Assembly: GCA_023701245.1 (NCBI GenBank)
Contig: JAMPXK010000006.1
Coordinates: 3,152 to 67,151, forward strand
DNA: 64,000 nucleotides
Source: Elusimicrobiales bacterium
GTDB taxonomy: Bacteria > Elusimicrobiota > Elusimicrobia > Elusimicrobiales > UBA9959
Direction of reading: 5' to 3'
Below, piece after piece: positions 51,253 to 60,751 of this stretch; the first letter of the stretch is position 1, and each line of letters starts with the position of its first letter. The translations under genes and the position numbers were made by a program. Below the pieces are notes generated by a model, which saw only the letters and a program-made list of their open reading frames with translations, did not search any database and was not told where the DNA came from.

Positions 51253-52401
51253 TTGAAGACTATTTTAACAGTACTGCTGCTGCTTGTTCCCGCGCTGCCG
51301 GCGTTCACCGCCGGGGCCGCCGCGCCGCAAAGCGCCGCTCTCGGCGCCCTGCCACGCGAACTTCCGTCCCTTCCTCCCTCCCTGCTCGCCCCGCTCCCGG
51401 AAAGGGCCGGGTACGACTGGGCGGGTCTGCCGGCGTATATCTTTACCGAGACCGAACGCCTGGCGCCTCCATTGGTGGACGCCATCGGGCGTACCAGGCG
51501 GACCCTGGACGTGGCCTTGTACAATCTGCAGATAGACGATACCGTGGCCGCGCTGGTGCGGGCCAAGGAACGCGGGGTAAAGGTGCGCGTGCTCTTTGAC
51601 GGCGCGCATGTTTACCCGGAGGCGGGCCGCCAGATAAAGGCCATCATAGATTCCGGCATAGAGACCCGGGTGATGAACGGGCGCGGCGGTACCGGCGCCA
51701 TGCACTGCAAGTACGCCGTGTTCGACGGGACGCTGCTGCAGACCGGGTCGGCCAACTGGAGCGGCTTCGCCGAAAGCTTCAGCTATGAGAACATCATGTT
51801 CGTCTCCGACGCGGACGTAGTGGCCGGCTATGAGAGGAATTTCGACTGGATGTGGCGGCAGGCCCGTCCCGCCGGCCAGCCGACCGCGCCCGCCGAGAAA
51901 CCCACCCCCCCGCCTTCCGACCCCACCCCCGACGTGAATTTTAACGGGACGCTCCTGCCGGATTATGTGTTCTCCCCCCGGGGCGGCACCGAGGCGGCCA
52001 TCGTCAGGGCCATAGACGCCGCCCGCGCCGAGGCTGACGTGGCCATGTTCACCTTTACTTCCGCAAATATCATGGACGCCCTTAAGCGGGCGGCGGCCCG
52101 CGGCGTCCGGGTGAAGCTGATGCTGTTCGCAGGGCAGAAATTTCCTTTCCTGCAGGAGGCCAAGGCCAACCGCATGGAACTCCGCTTCAAGGAAGGCCGG
52201 CTGGAAAAAGGCCAGATGCACAATAAATTCGCCGTGCTGGACGGGCGCCTGCTCATAAACGGGTCCTTCAACTGGACCGCCACGGCGGAGAACAGCAATA
52301 CCGAGAACACCATCTTCACCACGGCCCCGGAATACGTGGCCCCCTACAAGGCGGAATTTGACAAGCTCTACCGGCAAGCTTTCGGCCCTAAAGCCGACTA
52401 G
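51253..52401 (+). CDS. Secreted phospholipase-D-superfamily protein with two HKD motifs (Nuc-like nuclease or phospholipase)
   Basis: Signal peptide. HCKYAVFDGTLLQTGSANWS and HNKFAVLDGRLLINGSFNWT. TTG start 4 nt after an AGGAGG SD. Confidence 0.78.
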   Translation: MKTILTVLLLLVPALPAFTAGAAAPQSAALGALPRELPSLPPSLLAPLPERAGYDWAGLPAYIFTETERLAPPLVDAIGRTRRTLDVALYNLQIDDTVAALVRAKERGVKVRVLFDGAHVYPEAGRQIKAIIDSGIETRVMNGRGGTGAMHCKYAVFDGTLLQTGSANWSGFAESFSYENIMFVSDADVVAGYERNFDWMWRQARPAGQPTAPAEKPTPPPSDPTPDVNFNGTLLPDYVFSPRGGTEAAIVRAIDAARAEADVAMFTFTSANIMDALKRAAARGVRVKLMLFAGQKFPFLQEAKANRMELRFKEGRLEKGQMHNKFAVLDGRLLINGSFNWTATAENSNTENTIFTTAPEYVAPYKAEFDKLYRQAFGPKAD

Positions 52402-52413
52402 ACTTCCCTGCGT

Positions 52414-52452
52414 TAAAAAGAAAAGGCCGCCAGTCAGGCGGCCTTTTCTTTT
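52414..52452. terminator. Bidirectional Rho-independent terminator
   Basis: AAAAGGCCGCC-agtca-GGCGGCCTTTT with A-rich and T-rich flanks, between convergent genes ending at 52401 (+) and 52467 (-). Confidence 0.8.
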
Positions 52453-52466
52453 GCTGCGGGAAGGCG

Positions 52467-53738
52467 TCAGCGGCGGCGGCGGCCCCCGCCTCCGGCGGGT
52501 CTGCGCGCGGAGCGCTGGTTCCAGCCGCGGCCGGCGGCCGCGTGATTGTAGCCCCACAGGGTCTCGGCCGGGATCTCCGGGTGGGTGACCTGGTTCATGG
52601 GGATGCCGGTGAGGGTCTCTATACTGCGCACGTCCCCGCCCTGCTCGGGCATGGCGAAGGTGATGGCGCGGCCTGGCTGGCCGGCGCGGCCGGTGCGGCC
52701 TATGCGGTGCACGTAAGCGTCGTCCTCGGCGGGCATCTCGTAGTTTATCACCACTTCTATGCCGGTCACGTCTATGCCGCGGGCGGCGATGTCGGTGGCC
52801 ACGAGGATGCGGTACTTGCCGGACTTGAAGCCTTCCATCGCGTCCTTGCGCTGGCCCATGGTGCGGTCGGAGTGGATCTCGGCCACGGGGTGGCCCATGT
52901 AGTCCAGTATCTGCGCCACCTTGGCGGCGTCGTAGCGGGTCTCCACGAAAATGAGCACGGTGCCGGTGTACTTCTCCAGGAGCTTGGAGAGCAGCAGGGG
53001 CTTCATGCCGCTGCGCACCACGTAGAGTTCCTGGATCACGTTGGCGGCGGCGGTGCCGGACTTGGCCACTTCTATGCGGATCGGCAGCTTCATGTGCTGG
53101 CTGGCCAGTTTCATCACCTCGTCGGGAATGGTGGCGGAGAAGAGCATGGTCTGCCGTTCCTTGGGCAGCTCGCGGATGATGCGGTTGATCTGCGGGGCGA
53201 AACCCATGTCGAACATGCGGTCGGCCTCGTCGAGCACCAGGATGCGGGCGTCGTGCACTTTGGCGGCGCCGCGCTCGATATGGTCGTAGACGCGGCCCGG
53301 GGTGCCTATGAGGATCCTGGCCTTGCGGTTGAGGTCGCGCAGCTGGGATTCTTTGCCTTCGCCGCCTATGAGGCAGGCGACGCCCATGTTGAAGGCGGGC
53401 GCGAAATCGCGGCAGACTTCTGCCACCTGGATGGCGAGTTCGCGGGTGGGCAGCAGCACCAGGGCCTTGCCCGGGCCGGCGGCCAGGCGCTGGATCATGG
53501 GCAGCGAGAAAGCGATGGTCTTGCCGGTGCCGGTCTGCGCTATGCCCACCATGTCCTTGCCTTCGGTGGCGATGGGGATGGATTTCTGCTGGATGGGCGT
53601 GGGGGTGACGAAGCCCTTCTTGTCGAGGATGTCCATGAGCTTCGGGGCGATGCCGAGCCCGTAGAAGCCGGAGGCCTTTTTCTTCAAGCCCAGGGTGCGC
53701 AGGGCTTTGAGGCCTATGTTCTTGAGTAGCTTTTTCAT
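52467..53738 (-). CDS. DEAD-box ATP-dependent RNA helicase (second paralog)
   Basis: AQTGTGKT, DEAD, SAT and HRIGRTGRAG motifs. Short Gly/Arg tail. TATAAT box 11 nt upstream of the ATG. Confidence 0.88.
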   Translation of the reverse strand: MKKLLKNIGLKALRTLGLKKKASGFYGLGIAPKLMDILDKKGFVTPTPIQQKSIPIATEGKDMVGIAQTGTGKTIAFSLPMIQRLAAGPGKALVLLPTRELAIQVAEVCRDFAPAFNMGVACLIGGEGKESQLRDLNRKARILIGTPGRVYDHIERGAAKVHDARILVLDEADRMFDMGFAPQINRIIRELPKERQTMLFSATIPDEVMKLASQHMKLPIRIEVAKSGTAAANVIQELYVVRSGMKPLLLSKLLEKYTGTVLIFVETRYDAAKVAQILDYMGHPVAEIHSDRTMGQRKDAMEGFKSGKYRILVATDIAARGIDVTGIEVVINYEMPAEDDAYVHRIGRTGRAGQPGRAITFAMPEQGGDVRSIETLTGIPMNQVTHPEIPAETLWGYNHAAAGRGWNQRSARRPAGGGGRRRR

Positions 53739-53787
53739 ATGGTATCTATATTATAGTCTTTTTCCCCCCGCACCCGCGATTGATACT

Positions 53788-53942
53788 GGGCCGGCATGGA
53801 TATGGCTCGGTCGGGCCTTCGCGCAGGCCTGAGCTTGCGTAAGCGCGAAGGCCGGGTGGAGCGAAGCGACACCGCAGTGTGAGGAGCGGCGGCCACGGTG
53901 TGGCCGACCGCGTGCCCGACCGAGCCATATCCATGCCGGCCC
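53788..53942. repeat. Type-1 nested-hairpin intergenic element, copy C
   Basis: Perfect 29-bp arms (53788-53816 gggccggcatggatatggctcggtcgggc / 53914-53942) around the conserved core, with an extra insert of about 24 nt. Confidence 0.9.
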
Positions 53943-53969
53943 TTACTATGAACTGTGGCGAACTGTGGG

Positions 53970-55373
53970 CTAGTTGAGTTCGAATTCTTCGCCGGGGGCG
54001 GGGCTTTTGACGTTCTTTATGCCTTCCCTGCCCAGGGCTTCTGTCAGGGCCGCGCGGGCTTCGGGTTCGCCGTGCACCAGGAAGACGCCGCGCCGCGGGG
54101 CGCAGGCCTTCACGAAAGAGACGATGTCGTTATTGTCCGCGTGGGAAGAGAAAACGTGCATGGTCTCTATGGAGGCCGCCACCTCGTGCTCCATGCCGAA
54201 GATCTTCACCAGTTTCTGCCCGTCCTGCAGGCGCCGCCCCAGCGTGCCCTGCGCCTGGTAGCCCACCAGCAGCACTATGTTCTCCGGCCCGGAGATGTTG
54301 TTGCGCAGGTGGTGCAGCACGCGGCCGCCTTCGCACATGCCCGAGGCCGAGATTATCAGCATCGGCCCCTTCTTGTTGTTGAGCGCCTGCGACTCTTCCT
54401 TGGTGCGCAGGTAGCGGATATAGTCGAAGCCGAACGGGTCGCCGTCCATGCGCGCGTAGGCCTGGAACTTGTCGTCGAAGGAGAAGTCGTCGCGGAACTT
54501 GCTGAAGATCTCGGTCAGGCTGACGGCCATGGGGCTGTCCACGTAGACGGGGATCTCGGGCGCGGCTTTTTCCCTGAACAGGCGGTCCAGGATAAAGACT
54601 ATCTCCTGCGTGCGCTCCAGGGCGAAACTGGGGATGATCACCTTGGCCCGGGTCGCTACCGCGCGCCGGATGACTTCCGCCAGTTTTTCCCCGGCGTCGG
54701 CCAGCTTCTCGTGCAGCCGCCCGCCGTAGGTGCTTTCCACCACCAGGTAGTCCACGCCCTCCGGGGCCACCGGGCTTTCCATCAGCAGGCCTTCCTGGCG
54801 GCCCAGGTCGCCGGTATAGAGCAGGCGGCGCCGCCCGCCTTCGGTGTCCAGGTCCAGCTGGCACATGGCCGAACCCATCACGTGGCCGGCGTTGAGAAAG
54901 CGCGCCTCTACGCCCGGCAGCGGGGCAAAGGCGGTATTGTAGGCCGTGGGTTTGAGGTGGGCCAGGGCCTTCTTCGCGTCTTCCTCGTCGTAAAGCGGTT
55001 CTATGGTAAGTTTTTCCGCGGCATGGATCTTGTTGTAGAACCGGGCGTCGCCCACCTGCAGGCGCGCCGAATCCGCCAGCATTATGCCGGCTATTTCCGC
55101 CGTGCCGGCGGTGGCGTACAGCGGGCCGTCGCAGCCGTCGCGGTAAAGCGAAGGCAGCAGGCCGCAGTGGTCTATATGCGCGTGCGAGAGCAGCACCGCG
55201 TCCACCGAGGCGGGCGGGAAGGCGAAGGAGCGGTTCTTCTTCTGCGCGTCGTTGCGGTGCCCCTGGAACATGCCGCAGTCCAGGAGCAGTGAGCCCGCCG
55301 GCGTCTCCAGCAGGTGGCGCGAGCCGGTCACTTCCCCCGCCGCGCCGTGGAACGAGATCTTGGTTTTTGACAT
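53970..55373 (-). CDS. Metallo-beta-lactamase / beta-CASP family ribonuclease
   Basis: 467 aa. LLDCGMFQG, HAHIDHCG (HxHxDH), a beta-CASP-like middle region, C-terminal VHGE. Confidence 0.8.
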   Translation of the reverse strand: MSKTKISFHGAAGEVTGSRHLLETPAGSLLLDCGMFQGHRNDAQKKNRSFAFPPASVDAVLLSHAHIDHCGLLPSLYRDGCDGPLYATAGTAEIAGIMLADSARLQVGDARFYNKIHAAEKLTIEPLYDEEDAKKALAHLKPTAYNTAFAPLPGVEARFLNAGHVMGSAMCQLDLDTEGGRRRLLYTGDLGRQEGLLMESPVAPEGVDYLVVESTYGGRLHEKLADAGEKLAEVIRRAVATRAKVIIPSFALERTQEIVFILDRLFREKAAPEIPVYVDSPMAVSLTEIFSKFRDDFSFDDKFQAYARMDGDPFGFDYIRYLRTKEESQALNNKKGPMLIISASGMCEGGRVLHHLRNNISGPENIVLLVGYQAQGTLGRRLQDGQKLVKIFGMEHEVAASIETMHVFSSHADNNDIVSFVKACAPRRGVFLVHGEPEARAALTEALGREGIKNVKSPAPGEEFELN

Positions 55374-55374
55374 G

Positions 55375-55851
55375 CTAGTTTCTCCGTGGCGCGAAATCCC
55401 GCAGCGGCCCGAGGGTCTTGCGCATCAGTATTTCGTCGCTGCCCTTCCTGAAAAAGTCCTTCAACACCCCCGCTTTTTTGTAGCCGAGGCGCCTGTAGAA
55501 GCGGAGGGCTCCTTTATTAAAGGAAGAGACGCACAGGAAGACATTGGGCGAGCGGGCGAAGATCTTCTTCTCCGCGAAGCGCATCAGCGCTTCCCCCAGC
55601 CCCCGCCCCCGGAAGCCCGGCGCGGTGAACAGGGACTGGATATACCCGCGGAAGGTGCCGTACATGGTGATGGTCACCAGCCCGGCCAGGGCGCCGCCTT
55701 CCTTTATCATATAGGTCTCGCGGAAAGGTACGCTGAAAGTGGCAAGGCAATGCGCCGGGCCCAGGCCCAGGGCGCGCCAGGGGTCCGAAGCGGCCATCAG
55801 CGCGGCCGCGGCCTTTTTGTCCTTACCGGAAGCCAGGCGGGTTACCTTCAC
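55375..55851 (-). CDS. GNAT-family N-acetyltransferase
   Basis: 158 aa. FTAPGFRGRGLGEALM (motif A, R-G-x-G). GTG start. The stop lies 1 nt from the beta-CASP start. Confidence 0.7.
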   Translation of the reverse strand: MKVTRLASGKDKKAAAALMAASDPWRALGLGPAHCLATFSVPFRETYMIKEGGALAGLVTITMYGTFRGYIQSLFTAPGFRGRGLGEALMRFAEKKIFARSPNVFLCVSSFNKGALRFYRRLGYKKAGVLKDFFRKGSDEILMRKTLGPLRDFAPRRN

Positions 55852-55905
55852 GCTCTAGATAATACTAAATTCGCGCCGGCGGGCATAAAATGGGATAATA
55901 TTCCC

Positions 55906-56550
55906 ATGCTGCACGACTTTCTGGATTACGCGGCCTTCGCTTTCCTGGCTTTGTTCCCCATCCTCAATCCCCCGGCCATGTCGCCTATCTTCCTGGATAT
56001 GACCGACGCCCTGGCCGATGAGGACCGGCATAAACTGGCCTGGCTGATAGGCAAATATACCTTTATGCTGCTGTTCGCGGTGCTGGTGGCCGGCGGCTGG
56101 CTGCTCAAGATCTTCGGCATCTCGGTCCCCGTCATCCGGGTGGCCGGCGGCCTGCTGCTCTTCAACACGGCCTGGAAGATGCTCAATAACGAACCTAAAT
56201 TCTCGCCCGAGGAGCATGAGGAGCTAAAAGGCCGTGTTTCTTCCCGCGCGTTCTTCCCTATGACCATGCCGGTTACCGCCGGCCCCGGTTCCATAGCCGT
56301 TACGCTTACCCTGGTGCCGGCCGGCTCGCTGCTGGCCTCCGGGACCTGGGTTAAGTTCGCCGGGGACGCGGCGGGGATAGCCCTGGCCGCTCTTAGCGTT
56401 TTTCTTTTCTACCGTTATTCGGAGAACCTGCTGCGCCGGCTGGGCCGCGCCGGGGCGCAGACCATTTCCAAGATCTCCGCTTTTATCCTGCTGGCCATCG
56501 GCGTGCAGATAATCTGGCAGGGGCTGCGCGGGCTTATGGCCGCCGGTTAA
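55906..56550 (+). CDS. MarC/UPF0056-family integral membrane protein
   Basis: 214 aa from ATG 55906. FLALFPILNPPAMSPIFL and FFPMTMPVTAGPGSIA are typical MarC motifs. The longer ORF-track start is rejected. Confidence 0.78.
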   Translation: MLHDFLDYAAFAFLALFPILNPPAMSPIFLDMTDALADEDRHKLAWLIGKYTFMLLFAVLVAGGWLLKIFGISVPVIRVAGGLLLFNTAWKMLNNEPKFSPEEHEELKGRVSSRAFFPMTMPVTAGPGSIAVTLTLVPAGSLLASGTWVKFAGDAAGIALAALSVFLFYRYSENLLRRLGRAGAQTISKISAFILLAIGVQIIWQGLRGLMAAG

Positions 56551-56570
56551 GAAGTCCCGCTTGCTTTCGA

Positions 56571-56595
56571 GGGGCGCTGTCGCGCCCCTTTTTTT
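56571..56595 (+). terminator. Rho-independent terminator after the MarC-family gene
   Basis: GGGGCGC-tgtc-GCGCCCC followed by TTTTTTT. Confidence 0.8.
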
Positions 56596-56725
56596 ATCCC
56601 AATATTTGACCGGGGGCCAAAGGACCTATGCCGCATATAGGCCTTTTGGCCCTTGCGGAATAGGCCGTATGGCTTAAACTATGTTTGATTTAAGTCATTG
56701 ACCAGTGTCAAGCAGCGGAGGAAAG

Positions 56726-57607
56726 TTGAAACTCAACGGTGTACTGCTCGCGGCTGTTCTTACGGTCCTTCCCTTTTCCCGCCTGGCGGCGCAAGCCCCG
56801 GCTTTCGAGGCCCTCAGGGTTTCGGCGGCCGGGGTCGATCTTTCCGCACTGCCCCAGCCCGAGGCGCGCCTCTTTAACGCCCCCCTTCCCGGCCACCGCG
56901 CCCTTTCCGGCAAGGCGCTCTTCGATTACCTGCATCAGGCCACCGTGCCCGCTCCCCGCAAAGCGTTCCCTTCCTACGACGGCTCGCGGGCTTTCATGTA
57001 TTCCAAGGCCGATAATGCCGGCTGCAACGGCGCCCCCGGCATCATAACCCTGTATTCCCGCGTCTGCGTGAACGGCTCCAGCGACAGCGGCAACGCCTAC
57101 CGCGAGACCGGGGATATGAACAAGGACGGCGTCGTGGACAACTTCATCAACGCCGAGCATATCTGGCCGCAGAGCTATTTCAACAGCGCCCTGCCCATGG
57201 TGGCGGACCTCCACCACCTCGCCCCCACTTTCCCTACGCCCAACGGCCGCCGGGGCAACCTCCGGTTCGCGCGCGTCTCCAAGCCCATCTACAGCACCTC
57301 GTCCGGCTCTATGCTCGGTAAAGAAGGTTTCGAGCCGGCCGACGAGGCCAAAGGCAATGTCGCCCGCGCCATCTTCTACTTCGTGGTGCGCTACCATGAC
57401 CGCAATATCCGGCAGGGAATGGATTATACGGGTTTCTGGATCAACAATGTGCAGATGCTGCTGGAGTGGAACCGGCAGGACCCGCCCGACGCCGCTGAAC
57501 TGCGCCGCAACGCGCTCGTAGAGGAATTCCAGGGCAACCGCAATCCTTTCATAGACGAGCCGGCCCTGGCCGAGCAGATAGGCGCCGACGTTTTCAGGGC
57601 TCATTAA
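56726..57607 (+). CDS. Extracellular endonuclease I family (EndA/Dns-like), paralog 1
   Basis: NAEHIWPQSYF, DLHHLAPTF, KGNVARAIFYF, GNRNPFID. TTG 56726 (4 nt after GGAGG) is preferred over GTG 56705 and gives signal peptide MKLNGVLLAAVLTVLPF. Confidence 0.82.
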   Translation: MKLNGVLLAAVLTVLPFSRLAAQAPAFEALRVSAAGVDLSALPQPEARLFNAPLPGHRALSGKALFDYLHQATVPAPRKAFPSYDGSRAFMYSKADNAGCNGAPGIITLYSRVCVNGSSDSGNAYRETGDMNKDGVVDNFINAEHIWPQSYFNSALPMVADLHHLAPTFPTPNGRRGNLRFARVSKPIYSTSSGSMLGKEGFEPADEAKGNVARAIFYFVVRYHDRNIRQGMDYTGFWINNVQMLLEWNRQDPPDAAELRRNALVEEFQGNRNPFIDEPALAEQIGADVFRAH

Positions 57608-57627
57608 AGCCCGGCGCCGGTCAGCAG

Positions 57628-57657
57628 GAAGGCCCCTTCCGGGGCCTTCTTTTTTTT
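57628..57657 (+). terminator. Rho-independent terminator after endonuclease I paralog 1
   Basis: GAAGGCCCC-ttcc-GGGGCCTTC followed by TTTTTTTT. Confidence 0.85.
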
Positions 57658-57662
57658 ATCGG

Positions 57663-58520
57663 TTATCTGGCCGCCACAGGCCAGCGGCATTTTTCGGGCA
57701 GAACTTTGTTGACCCGCAGGCGGACGTCCTCTACGTAAGTCACCTGCGGCAGCCGGTCGCCCTTATGCAGGGTCCTCAGGGCGCGCGCGGCGGCGGCCCC
57801 CGCCTGGGCGAACTCCGGGGCGTAGGAAGCCGTAGCCCCGCTCCCCACTAGGGCGGAGGTAGGGGCGTAGAAGGGAATGCCGTTGGCGCAGGAAAAACTG
57901 GCCAGGAGCATGATGCTGGACTGGGTGATCAGGGCGGGGTCCGGCATGAGCCAGAAGGCGTCCATCTTTCCCATCAGCCGGCGCAGGCGCTCCGGGAAAG
58001 CTTCCGGATTCTTCAATTTGGAGGAGATCACCTCTATGCCGGCGGCTTTGCCCGCCTCCCGCAGGTCCGAAATGTAGTCTTCACCGGGATAGGCCGTCCA
58101 GAAAACGGCCAGGCGCCGCAGGCCCGGCTGAAAGGCCTTGTAAGCGGCCAGGGCGGGGCCGGGGGCGGGTACCATGGAGATCTCGTGAAAGCCGCGGCCC
58201 CGGAGGGCCACCGGGGCCAGCGCGTAGACTATATGCGCGCCCTGCGGGTAATCAAGGGCGGCGGCCTTCGCCCCGAAAGCCGCGGTATGCCTGGTTTCGT
58301 CAGTTGGAACCTCTCCTGGTTGGGAAAGGTCGAACAGGGTGAAAGGTTCCCCCATCTCGGCTTTGAACTCCAGATACGCCTCGGCGTAGGGGCCGGTGTT
58401 GACGGAGAGTACGGCGGTCAGGTCACCGGCCAGGCAGGCCGAGGGCAACAGCAGCAGCGCGCCGGCCGCCAGCCAGGGCGGCGGTCTCAGTCGTTTGTTC
58501 CTGTCTCTGTTCTCCGTCAT
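57663..58520 (-). CDS. Periplasmic ABC-type substrate-binding-like protein (PF04392-like), paralog 2
   Basis: 285 aa. Signal peptide; DAFWLMPDP and NGIPFYAP match paralog 27993-28865. Immediately downstream of a TonB-dependent receptor. Confidence 0.65.
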   Translation of the reverse strand: MTENRDRNKRLRPPPWLAAGALLLLPSACLAGDLTAVLSVNTGPYAEAYLEFKAEMGEPFTLFDLSQPGEVPTDETRHTAAFGAKAAALDYPQGAHIVYALAPVALRGRGFHEISMVPAPGPALAAYKAFQPGLRRLAVFWTAYPGEDYISDLREAGKAAGIEVISSKLKNPEAFPERLRRLMGKMDAFWLMPDPALITQSSIMLLASFSCANGIPFYAPTSALVGSGATASYAPEFAQAGAAAARALRTLHKGDRLPQVTYVEDVRLRVNKVLPEKCRWPVAAR

Positions 58521-58528
58521 TTCACCCT

Positions 58529-60718
58529 TTAAAATTTATAGGTCAGGCCGGCCGTCGCCTCGAAAGGATTTTGCGGCGCCCCGGCCATGGTGTCCGGCCC
58601 TGCACCGTAGGCTGCATTGTAGTAACGGCGGTCAAAAATATTCTTAAACTGCAGATAGGCCGTGAGGCCGGCCAGTTTGGCGCAGGCGTAGCGTATGAGC
58701 AGGTCCGCTACGGCAAAGGGCGCCACTCTTCCCCCGTCCTGATTGCGGCTATAGGAGCGGTAGAGCAGTTTTGGCGTTACGGACAATCTGCCGCGCAGCA
58801 CGGACAGGCCCGCCAGGAGCGTGTGTCTGGAGTTGAACGGCATCGGGGCGCCGTCCTGTCTGGCTTCCGAAAGTGTATATGACGCCCAAGGTTCCAGGCT
58901 GCAGCGGCCGGCACGCCATACGGCGTCGGCGCGTAAAGTGGTGCCGAAGGTCTCCGCGGTTCCGGTGTTGATGGGTTGTTCCAGTGTGTCAACTTCCACG
59001 CCCTTGAACAGACCGGGGCCTATGGAGACGTCCTGGATAAGGTCATAGACTTTGGTGTAATACGGATTCAGGGAGACCCTGAGGGAACTCCCGAAAGAAT
59101 GGGTCAAAGAGGCTTCCGCGGAGCGCAGCTTTTCCGGGGCCAGGCCCTCGTTGGGAATATGGAAGAAGTAACTATGATAGCCGCTGGCCGCCGTCGGCGA
59201 TGAAACAAAAGAACCGAAATGCCTGTGCGTGTCGCTCGGAGAGGGCGAGAGGAAGGCTTCTCCGTAGAGAAGCTTGACCACTGTGTCCTCACTGGCGCCC
59301 GGCTTCCAGACAAGCCCCGCCCGCGGGTTCCAGGTCTCGCCATAAGTGCTGTTGCGGTCGTAGCGCAATGCCAGTGACAGGGAAACGTTCCCCAGCTGGC
59401 TGGCCTGGAGCCTTATGAAAGCCCCGGTATTGGAGTACACCAGGGAATAGAAATCCACCGGGATGTCGGAGCCGGTGTAGGTAAAGCCCTGGGAGACCGG
59501 GCTTTTCGAAGTGTCGAACTTGCGGGAAAGGTCCGCGGTGTAGGGCAGTACCGTGCTCTGCTGGTAGGTCAGTCCCAACAGTACGGGGTATCCTTGAGCC
59601 GGCTCGAACGACAATAACTCATGGATGGACGTGGTCTGCGCCGAAGCGTATTTATAAGCGGGCTGATAGGAAGAAAAAGAGTTGAGGAACTTGGTCTCGG
59701 GTGAAAGTTCGTAATCGTAATAGGAGGCCAGGCTGGTAAGGGTCCACGCCTCGTCGGGAGAAGTATACGAGTGCCTGCCGTAGACGGTCCAATAGCCGGT
59801 GGCGAAACGGGCGTCCTTCACGTACTGTGAGAATTCCGGCTTTACGCCTATGGAAGAGGAATGGGACTCTCCCATGCGGATGAACCCCATGTCTACATTT
59901 CCAAGGGTCACGCGGGAATTCATGTAGGAGGATACTTCCCTGGCGTCATACGGGCGCGGCGCCACGGTAGCCGTTGCCGTGCTTCCCACTGTCTTCATAA
60001 GGCCCTGCTGGTACTCGCCGTTGTGCCAGGCATAGTCTGTTTTGTAGAAGGCCGGAAGTTCCGGCCCTTCCGAACTGGCCGCGGCGTACGTAAGGGAAGC
60101 GGAGGGCAGCCGGGCACCGGGGACGTTGCTGCTCAGCCGGGATCCGGCGGATGCGTCCGCGTTCTTCGAATCGAATCTGCCGTACGCCGCGGACACGCGG
60201 CTGTGGTTGTCGGAGCGGGTTACCACGTTTATGACCCCGCTGAACGCGTCCGCCCCATATAGGGAAGACATCGGGCCGAGTACCACCTCCACCCTTTGGG
60301 CGTCCGCCAGCGACAACTGCTGCGCTATCGCGAACATATCTCCTGTAGGCGGGGTAATGCGCACCCCGTCGTACATCACGAGCAGGCGCTCATTATCATG
60401 AATGCCCCGGACGCTTATCACATTCAATCTCCCCTCGTCGGAATTGCGCTGCACCTGGAATTGGGGAGTGTCGTTGAGCAGGTCCGCCAGGGACCTGTAA
60501 CCGCGTTTTTCCAGGGTCTCGGCAGTAATGACATAAGCGGTGGCGGCCGTGTCGGAAGGGCGTTCTTCGGCGTAGGAAGCCGCCAGCAGCGGCGTGTCCA
60601 TGATGTCGCCCAGCGTGGACTGGAAAAAGTCCACATCCGAGCCCTCCGGCTGGGCGCAGCTTGTGGCGGCGTAAAAGAACAGGCCGCATGCTGCGGCTAA
60701 AAACGCTTTCTGTCTCAT
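58529..60718 (-). CDS. TonB-dependent outer-membrane receptor (second)
   Basis: 729 aa. Signal peptide, plug (AYVITAETLEKRGY, VEVVLGPMSSLYGADAF), barrel, C-terminal ..GLTYKF. Confidence 0.85.
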   Translation of the reverse strand: MRQKAFLAAACGLFFYAATSCAQPEGSDVDFFQSTLGDIMDTPLLAASYAEERPSDTAATAYVITAETLEKRGYRSLADLLNDTPQFQVQRNSDEGRLNVISVRGIHDNERLLVMYDGVRITPPTGDMFAIAQQLSLADAQRVEVVLGPMSSLYGADAFSGVINVVTRSDNHSRVSAAYGRFDSKNADASAGSRLSSNVPGARLPSASLTYAAASSEGPELPAFYKTDYAWHNGEYQQGLMKTVGSTATATVAPRPYDAREVSSYMNSRVTLGNVDMGFIRMGESHSSSIGVKPEFSQYVKDARFATGYWTVYGRHSYTSPDEAWTLTSLASYYDYELSPETKFLNSFSSYQPAYKYASAQTTSIHELLSFEPAQGYPVLLGLTYQQSTVLPYTADLSRKFDTSKSPVSQGFTYTGSDIPVDFYSLVYSNTGAFIRLQASQLGNVSLSLALRYDRNSTYGETWNPRAGLVWKPGASEDTVVKLLYGEAFLSPSPSDTHRHFGSFVSSPTAASGYHSYFFHIPNEGLAPEKLRSAEASLTHSFGSSLRVSLNPYYTKVYDLIQDVSIGPGLFKGVEVDTLEQPINTGTAETFGTTLRADAVWRAGRCSLEPWASYTLSEARQDGAPMPFNSRHTLLAGLSVLRGRLSVTPKLLYRSYSRNQDGGRVAPFAVADLLIRYACAKLAGLTAYLQFKNIFDRRYYNAAYGAGPDTMAGAPQNPFEATAGLTYKF

Positions 60719-60751
60719 TGCTCTATCCCCCCTCGAAAAAACGCGGTCAGG

